DNA from: Octopus bimaculoides
Lineage: Eukaryota
NCBI RefSeq assembly: GCF_001194135.2
Contig: NC_068999.1
Location: forward strand, 53,843,520 to 53,907,519
Direction of reading: 5' to 3'
DNA: 64,000 bases
The notes under the pieces were generated by a model. It saw nothing but the letters and a program-made list of their open reading frames with translations. It was not told the origin of the DNA and searched no databases. Shown piece after piece: positions 55,908 to 64,000 of the stretch (within the stretch, counting starts at the first letter, position 1; each line of letters begins with the position of its first letter). Position numbers and translations under genes: made by a program.

Positions 55908-57435
55908 CTACACATTAACATACACAACACACATCTACTGATACACAGTGGGAGCACTAAAAATTGACGAGTACTTCTCTTTAGTTTGCTTCTCTGGTTT
56001 GGGCAGGGAGGTGGTAGGGGTGCAGTCTTCAGTGATTTGTCTATTATAAACTCACTACCACTATTACTCCCACCACTGAAAACTCCCCAGCCTTGTGCCA
56101 TATGCCACATATGGAGCAATGTGTTAATTGTGCATATTGCCCCTGTTCACATGTAAAGCTTTGCTGGTGACCCAAATGGAGTTAGACAGTAACTCTACCC
56201 CAGGGAAAGTACATGTTGGTGTTTAAGTTTTATAGTTTAAGCTGCGGAATACAAGTGAATAAAGGGCAACTGACAGAGAAATGTTTACAAAGCTGGGCTA
56301 CATACTTCCTAATGACAGTTCAAATCTTGTTAGGGTCGACTTTATCTTTTGCTCCTTGCAAACAAGATCAGGGGTTGAAGATATGTGACATAAAACACTT
56401 ATTTTATATATAAAATCATCCACCATGAGAGAGGTACCTTATGTCAAGTTTTATCTTTGTGTCATTAACAAAGATCTCACTATATAGGCAATGTTAGGCC
56501 CTTGGGGGGGGGGGGGTTAACTGAGTCATTACACCATCATCATCATATCCATTTCAGTCTTCACTCGGTGACTTGCTTCTCCTCATCCCCACGCCTTCCT
56601 ATATATTATGGTTGATTTTTGTAGNNNNNNNNNNNNNNNNNNNNNNNNNNNNNNNNNNNNNNNNNNNNNNNNNNNNNNNNNNNNNNNNNNNNNNNNNNNN
56701 NNNNNNNNNNNNNNNNNNNNNNNNNNNNNNNNNNNNNNNNNNNNNNNNNNNNNNNNNNNNNNNNNNNNNNNNNNNNNNNNNNNNNNNNNNNNNNNNNNNN
56801 NNNNNNNNNNNNNNNNNNNNNNNNNNNNNNNNNNNNNNNNNNNNNNNNNNNNNNNNNNNNNNNNCTTCAGAGTCGATCTGAAACTCGTATCAGGACTGTT
56901 TCATCTATTTGTAATATTATTATTATTATTATTATTATAATAAAAATTAGGATTATCAATTTATCTACCATACAAGGAAATCCAAATGTATTTGAACATG
57001 GAAATATTACATCTTCCAAGGGTTTATGATTAAAAAGAGAAAAGAAGAAAAAAAATCAGCATTAATTGTTAATAAATCTGTGTAGAAAAAAAACAATTTG
57101 TTTGGCTTGGTTTGGTTTGATAGGTTTGCAACACCACACATCTTTGTCTTGTTTGTGAGGCCTAACAACCTCAGATCTATAGTCCATTTGTTCATTTTTC
57201 CCCATTCTAGCATGGATTTGGATGGAGTATTATTTGAAGCAAGATTTTACATCTGGATTCTCTTCTAGAGGCCAACATTTATCTGTTTTTCAAAGGTCAT
57301 CAAAAGCACAGAAAGATTGATCATCATAATGCTAGCAAAGAATCTCGACATTAACACCACTCAACTGTTGACAACGTGGAACATCAATATCCATGTCTAT
57401 TTGCATAAGCACACATACATATGTATATATATATA

Positions 57436-57597
57436 TAAAGGGGCGCTGAAAAGTTCTTGGCTTTAAGGGTGTCATGAAAGGCCTGGTTGGAGGCCCAACC
57501 TCCTAAGTTCTTTTACAGGGCTTAGAAAAACTGAAGAACCACTGCAATAAGTGTGAATCTGAGAGGGGAATGTGTAGAATGAAATCATAATAGGGTT
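57436..57597 (+). mobile_element. Internally deleted mariner derivative
   Basis: GGGGCGCTGAAAAGTT is a mariner-like TIR, followed by a decayed transposase C-terminus (..VNLRGECVE*). Confidence 0.5.
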
Positions 57598-57781
57598 AAG
57601 TTCCAGATATGGTGTAAAATAAGTAAAAACCACAACCTATTTGTGTTCTTAGGGTTACCTAGGTAGCCTGATTAGCAGTGAAGGTGGGTATTCTTAAATG
57701 ATACTAACCAGAGTATGAACAGGGTGGAAAAAATTGAAGCAGGTATTACTACTAGCATCAAAGGAATTCTTTTTCTGAGAG

Positions 57782-58252
57782 AAGGGCGATATGTCATATT
57801 TGAGAAGACCCCTGAAGCCAAGTGAAATAGTCGTGGCCAAAGCCAGTGTCGCCTAACTGGCATCCATGTCAATGACATGTAAAAAGTTCCCTACAAACGT
57901 TGGGCAATATGCCGTACTTGAAAATACCTGTCAAGCCAAGCACCCTTTGAATGTTGGGCCTCACAGGGGCAGTGACAGGTGACCAAGACCTTTGGTGATA
58001 TACCATACTTGAGAAGATCTGTCAAGCCAAGAGAGATAATAGTCGTGGCCTATGCCAGTGTTACATAACTGGCACCCATGCCGGTGGAACATAAAAAGCA
58101 CCCACTACACTCTTGGAGTGGTTGGCGTTAGAAAGGGCATCCAGTCATAGAAACCATGCCAAATCAGATTGGAACCTAGCGCACCTCCCCAGCATACTAG
58201 TTTAAACTGTCAAACCCATACCAGCATGGAAAACAGATATTAAATGATAATG
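57782..58252 (+). mobile_element. RTE LINE 3' UTR fragment of the same family as 26611-27612
   Basis: TTGAGAAGACC...AAGCCAAGTGA repeats and the shared AAAAGCACCCACTACACTC...GGAAGGGCATCCAG...(GAT)n tail. Confidence 0.75.
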
Positions 58253-60319
58253 ATTCTTGTGTGAAGTGTTGTATTGATGGGCAGCAAAACAGGCATTGAA
58301 TGAGGAGGCTTGAAGGTATGCATGTTTAGCTGAATATTATTGTGCATAAACAAAGAAATATGAGCATTGGCCATGACTACGATTTCACTTGGCTTCAGGG
58401 GGGTCTTCTCAAGCATGACATATCGCCCTTCACTCAGAAAAAGAATTCCTTTGATGCTAGTAGTAATACCTGTCAATTTTGAAATATGACAAAATTGGGT
58501 CTAAGAGAAATCAGATGTAATGTGTAAAAAAGGAAAAAATTGCCCTGGTATGGACATGTAATGTGTATGGAGGATGACAAAAGATTGAAAACAAAGATAG
58601 CAAGCAATCAAAGTGAAAGGAATCTGCAGAAGGGAAAGAGGTGGCGAAACGGATCTCAGGAGACTTAAACACAAAGGAGATGACAAGGAAGTGGCAAGAT
58701 GCTGCACTGAAGAAAACCCATCCAACAATAGGAAGATAAAATGTAAAATGAGCTTTCACAGATGTTAAAACTGATAAACTGGTGCTTTTGAACAGAAATA
58801 CTTGTCCTTTTGATCTACAGTCAAATGTAGAAATACATCGTCATTAGAAACAAAAGTTTAAGAAAAATAAACAAATAAGACAAACAGGAGACAAGAATAC
58901 AGTTTCGTCTGCAGTCAAAAGATACTGTTTTATTAAGCAGTCTGCTTTAAACTGTGGGGTGTTTTCTGGAAATCCACAGAATTACAGACAACTCGGCTTC
59001 ATATTTATCAGTGTAGTATCACTTCATCAGTTTCTACCCGAGATCCACTTTGAAGAATCTTTGTGGTAGAGACATCACAACGCCAGTGTAGATGCCATAG
59101 CAGAAAACAGAATGTGTGTGGGCAAGGAATAGAGTTTGATGATGATAATAATAATAAAGTGTTTTTAATTAGGCATAAAGCCTTCTACTGATAGAGGAAG
59201 GAGAGGAAGAATTTTGGAATAGCTGTACCTTGAAGTCCCTATAAGTCGTGGCAATGAAAAAGGGTTGGGGTGGGGTGGGGGTTGTCCCCGTATTCCTATT
59301 TCGTAAAACAGAAATTACGATTCTGTAAAAAAAAAAAAATAATTCCTCTCAAAATTTTCAATTTTTTTTCCTTTTTTCGTAAATTATAAATTCCACNNNN
59401 NNNNNNNNNNNNNNNNNNNNNNNNNNNNNNNNNNNNNNNNNNNNNNNNNNNNNNNNNNNNNNNNNNNNNNNNNNNNNNNNNNNNNNNNNNNNNNNNNNNN
59501 NNNNNNNNNNNNNNNNNNNNNNNNNNNNNNNNNNNNNNNNNNNNNNNNNNNNNNNNNNNNNNNNNNNNNNNNNNNNNNNNNNNNNNNNNNNNNNNNNNNN
59601 NNNNNNNNNNNNNNNNNNNNNNNNNNNNNNNNNNNNNNNNNNNNNNNNNNNNNNNNNNNNNNNNNNNNNNNNNNNNNNNNNNNNNNNNNNNNNNNNNNNN
59701 NNNNNNNNNNNNNNNNNNNNNNNNNNNNNNNNNNNNNNNNNNNNNNNNNNNNNNNNNNNNNNACACACAAAAGCATGATTTTTCGTGGTGAGTGGCAAAT
59801 TAGAACAATGAACAAGTTAAAACTGCCAAAAACAACTGTAATTTCTGTTAAAAACAAATATAAAGGTGGGGAGGAGTAGAGAACATTTTTGTTTCCAGGA
59901 CCATTCAGCAGAAATTTCAGAAATACAAACAGAATCCAACTCTAGACAACTAAATTCAAAAAAGTCAACAAGAATACACACATGAATCATTTATAAAATA
60001 TATAGATTTGACGAACAATTCTTGTGGACTGTCAAGGTCAGATAAAGATTCACATTAAATCTCTGTCTAGACGTGACTGGGTGGTTTGTTAAAGAGGAAA
60101 CATTTAGACTGCATGTAGTTGTCTAAATTTGGAGACTATCCAAAATAAATTCAAATTAAAATAGAGAAATTCAGAATAGACAGACATCCTGTTAGCGACT
60201 AAGGCAATTGGAAGAGGGGAGAGGAAAGAAATTACCAAGAGATCCAACTTTGGAATAAAGGTCTCCGTGGTATTAAAAAAAAAAAAAAAAANNNNNNNNN
60301 NCTCTGATGTATTCTAGTC

Positions 60320-60868
60320 TTATTTAACCGGTTTCATATTCCATAATCCATCATTTAGATAATGTAAATTCTCAAGACCAATACCTTTATTTTTCTGAAG
60401 AATCTCTTCGGTAGACATTTTCGTGAGTCCAATAGCCAGGGCATTTTGTTTACCCTCAGCCATAACCACCACAATTGCGCTGTTACCAACTTTGGTCATC
60501 TTCGCACCCGGCGATGTTAATCCAGGACACATGATGTTGGCACCGCTCAACACAAAACGAATAGCTCCCTTGTCCACCTGCATAGGGGGTAGAATAAATG
60601 GGTATTTGTGGATGAGTTTCAGTGTCGGAATATAGGGTCCTTCACGTTGTTTGAAGAAGAGGATTTCTCCGTTTTGTGCTGCCAACAATTCAATATGTTC
60701 GTGACACTTCACAACTTTGAGAGCATCTTTTTTCGGAAGTATTTGATTGAGCACAGATTCAATGTAAGGATATTGTTCCTGAACACTCTGCCTAATAGTC
60801 CTTTGTACTGAAGACTTGGCATTGTTCACGCTAGACACCATTTCCTTGTCGGAGAACTTTTTAAACAT
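60320..60868 (-). CDS. MCTS1: MCTS1 (malignant T-cell-amplified sequence 1; PUA-domain translation reinitiation factor, DENR partner), single-exon ORF, 182 aa
   Basis: Uninterrupted ORF MFKKF...CHEHIE...QREGP..PTL...[24 protein letters not shown]...AEGKQ...[15 protein letters not shown], collinear over its full length with human MCTS1 as I recall it. Confidence 0.96.
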   Translation of the reverse strand: MFKKFSDKEMVSSVNNAKSSVQRTIRQSVQEQYPYIESVLNQILPKKDALKVVKCHEHIELLAAQNGEILFFKQREGPYIPTLKLIHKYPFILPPMQVDKGAIRFVLSGANIMCPGLTSPGAKMTKVGNSAIVVVMAEGKQNALAIGLTKMSTEEILQKNKGIGLENLHYLNDGLWNMKPVK

Positions 60869-60879
60869 CTTTTTTGTTT

Positions 60880-61215
60880 TTCAATAACCTAAGCTGTTAA
60901 CTTCAAGTCGGCACGCTTGATGGTCCACTTCCGGAAGCGGATGTCGGTTTCGTACCGTACATAGTCCGCAACAAATACCCAACAACAACGTATATGTGTG
61001 TGTGTGTGTGTGCAGTATCATATATAGTACCTCACACATACAGTCTCGCAGCAACCGGCATTTATCGTAGAATTTCAAAAGTTCTCCCCGATATTTTTAA
61101 AATATCGCCAATATTTTAAAATGTCTTCAATTATTTTGTTTTTACACAAACCTGAAACTTGAGGTTTATCAAGTGGAAGGAAGTTGCTTAGCAACGTGAT
61201 GTTGATTGGTTTCAA
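60880..61215. promoter_or_regulatory. CpG-enriched putative promoter upstream of MCTS1, with an inverted ETS double site and an RFX X-box
   Basis: ACTTCCGGAAGC at 60927-60938; GTTGCTTAGCAAC at 61183-61195; ATTGG just after; local CpG enrichment in an otherwise CpG-poor window. Confidence 0.6.
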
Positions 61216-64000
61216 CTGACATTTAATTCGTGATCTCAAACACACTTTTAGTGAAAGTCTGGCCTAAAAATGCACAAATTGGTCTTTCGGAGTCTAATTT
61301 CTTCCCTAGGTTGAATACATATGAATGAGAGTCCTTGTATTTATCTGAAAACACTTTTTGCGATGAGCAAACAAGACAGCCTCTATGTGATCACTCAAAC
61401 TGTTAAAAATAGCAGCAGAATCTCTCATATCACACCCTCCTATCTTAAAATTGGAATAACATATTAGATATTGTAGTCCTATGTGTGTACGTACGACAAT
61501 CTTTGACTTCAAGTACACTTAGCCCCATATCAAAGGTTTTTTTGTTTTGTTTTTTTACTACAGTGACTAGTTTTGGCAATTTTTATTGTCTTGTTTCAAA
61601 TGCTCATTCAGATTAAGTTGTATGTGTTAAATTGATTTTTATTAATTTATTTTTAATTTGACAATTTCTTCGTCAAATACAAAAAACAAATAGTAGCATG
61701 CAATTCTAGAAAAGTAGTGAATTTGGTAATGAGTTGGATATTTGAGCTAGTGAATGATTCACTAAGTGGCAACCCCCCCTTTTTTTTATTAATGAGATGA
61801 CAAAATAGATTTTGTATCTATATAATTCATCTTAATTCACCATGTTGTTTAACAAGTTAAAAAAATTGGAAACTATTTTAATTTTATTTTTTAACCTTTT
61901 AGCTTTCAGATTACTCTGTCAAATGGAATGCTTATTTATTCACATTGATTTGAATTAGTTAGGCATTTATCTCATAGCTTTGAGATTTCAACAATGTGAT
62001 TGTTTATTTTTGGAATGATATTATAGGGTAAGTGTGGGGACTGGATCTGACCAGTTTGAAGATCAAACAAGTAGATTATTTTGGTCGGATATGGCCAGTT
62101 TAAATGCTAAAATGTTAAAAAAAATTGTCAGCCCTGCTCATATAAGAGTTTATATAGTTTATAGTTTAGGGTGGTGTCTAATCATAAATTCTTCATTGGT
62201 AACTCACAATATCTGTTAGTTTGCCATAATGGATGACCGGGGTAGTAGTATTGTTATAAAACTGTTGGATGACACTGACTATTTTCAGTGGATAGAAGGA
62301 ACAAAACTCTCATCAATCAAGAAATTCTGAAAAGGGGGCCGGATTGATTACATCTAAGGAGATCCCCAAATGGCATTGCAAGACAAATGTTAGACTAGCA
62401 ACCTGAAGGAAAGAGGATGTGGAGAGGATAAGGTGAAAGCAATCTCTTACTTGTTTCAGTCATTAGACTGCAGCCAGACTGGGGCACTGCCTTGGAATAG
62501 TTTAGTTGAATGAATCGACCCCAATACTTATTCTTTCAGTCTCTTTTGTCAAACTGCTGAGTTACAGGGATGTAAATACACCAACACCAGTTGTCAGGCA
62601 GTGGTGGTGGGAAACACAGACACAAAGACACCCCCACATAGATGTGTGTGTATATATATATGTCCAACCCATGCCAGCATGGAAGGTGATGTTAAAGTCA
62701 AAATAAACCTTCCCTACAAGAAAAGAATAGACATTTCATCAGACATGACCAGTCAAAAATGTAAAGCTCGAATTCTTTTGTATTGAAGGCTTAAATGAAA
62801 GCATCCAGTCAGCAAGTCACAAAATGCTTGGCTGCAGTAAAAACTGAGACAGGGAAAGCTGCTCGTGCAGAGATAATACCACATGCCTACTAAATAGATA
62901 ATGTAACAGAGGTTGTTCTGTATAAAGTGGAGGTAGTGTTGCAGGGCATCAGATAAACATTTTCAATATAGCAAAATGGTGTAACAGAAAGCACTTTTAA
63001 AGTAAGACCAAACACTCACAAGTCATTTTTTTTTCAGATCCAAGAAAGAGATAGTGTCACAACATTAGTAAAGAACATAGTTGTTGAAGGAAAAATCTGT
63101 GTTATATAAAGTCAACTAGGGATTGTTGGGAAAATGCAGACCATATTTCGACAGTAGCAGGAGGTGCAGACTCTGTCTATTGGAGAAAAGAATTATCTAG
63201 TATTTGATTCAACCGGGGACCTTCCTGAACACAAAAAATGAAATTTTTTCAGCCTGACTACATTTTGACTAATTTAGGGAGGATGACTATTTACCTCTTT
63301 TCGAGTTTTTTCATTCTTGCTTCTATCCAACCTCACTGTAACTTTATATACCTTTCCACCTTCCCTTACATCCCTTTCCCCCCCTTTCTCTCTACCTCTG
63401 TCTCTACTTTAACTTCCCATCTCTCTCTTCTCATTCTCTCATTATTTTCCCACATTGCTCATTATTATAAAGAATATTTCCCCCCACCCACCCATCACAT
63501 TTATACATAGATATACTCCTTTGTAAACTGGCTGCTTATCCCACACCAACACATCTTCCTCCTCATTTCTTTCTCACTTCTCTCTCTCTCTCTCACATAC
63601 ACACATTATCTACCTTCACTACTTGTCCTGCTTCATATACACACAAGTGACAGGGAAGACGTTGCTGTTAGCCCGCCCCCGACTCACAGTCTGTAGTTTT
63701 CATTTCACATGCGAATCGAAGGGGCATAACTCTGCAAGGACTAAACGTGGCATTGCAATATTAACTAAAGATTTTTTCGGAATTTTTTATTTTTTATGTT
63801 CCAGTTTTCACCGCAACAAAAGACACTGAAACTTGACGAGATATTTACTTTTGAACTTTCAGGGCAAAAGAATCCAATCTACACATTTCTGACTTGACGT
63901 GTCTGATATTTCATTATTGCTTCTTTGTAGGAGAGCTTACTTTTTTGAACGAAATAGTCCAATAACTTTTCAGTGTATATAAGAACTAATTTACTATGTA

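Noticed and set aside
59229-59322. Possible minus-strand 3' UTR exon of MCTS1 (poly-T-ACAG acceptor, GTACAG donor)
   Set aside because: A-runs are ubiquitous here, the donor is weak and there is no transcript evidence.
60275-60291. A-run as retrocopy poly(A) tail of MCTS1
   Set aside because: Wrong strand: a tail of a minus-strand retrocopy would read as T on the + strand.

Overview
AT-rich, repeat-dense animal genomic DNA with N-gaps. It is almost certainly a coleoid cephalopod (Octopus-like), inferred from the SINE/MITE/RTE repeat complement, the microsatellite load and the molluscan-type channel pore. Bases 18-41838 (+) carry the 3' two-thirds of NALCN (sodium leak channel). I resolved 28 GT-AG exons by eye with consistent phases, from the domain II pore to the stop codon; one exon runs into a gap and ends in an Illumina adapter remnant. 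The visible pore residues are K (DII, TQKGW), E (DIII, SLEGW) and E (DIV, TGEDW), the invertebrate EKEE-type arrangement rather than vertebrate EEKE. The DII lysine codon AAG is one A-to-I edit away from glutamate. A complete intronless MCTS1 ORF (60320-60868, -) lies convergent to NALCN, with ETS and RFX X-box motifs upstream. The rest is tRNA-derived SINEs, an RTE LINE whose 3' tail is shared with one repeat family, a piggyBac-like TTAA MITE family (8 copies), hAT and Tc1/mariner MITEs, a mariner transposase remnant, three fold-back structures between 53 and 58.5 kb, and several assembly artefacts. I found no wholly new multi-gene system; the best leads are pore-switching and splicing/editing hypotheses for NALCN and the intronless MCTS1 with its promoter.
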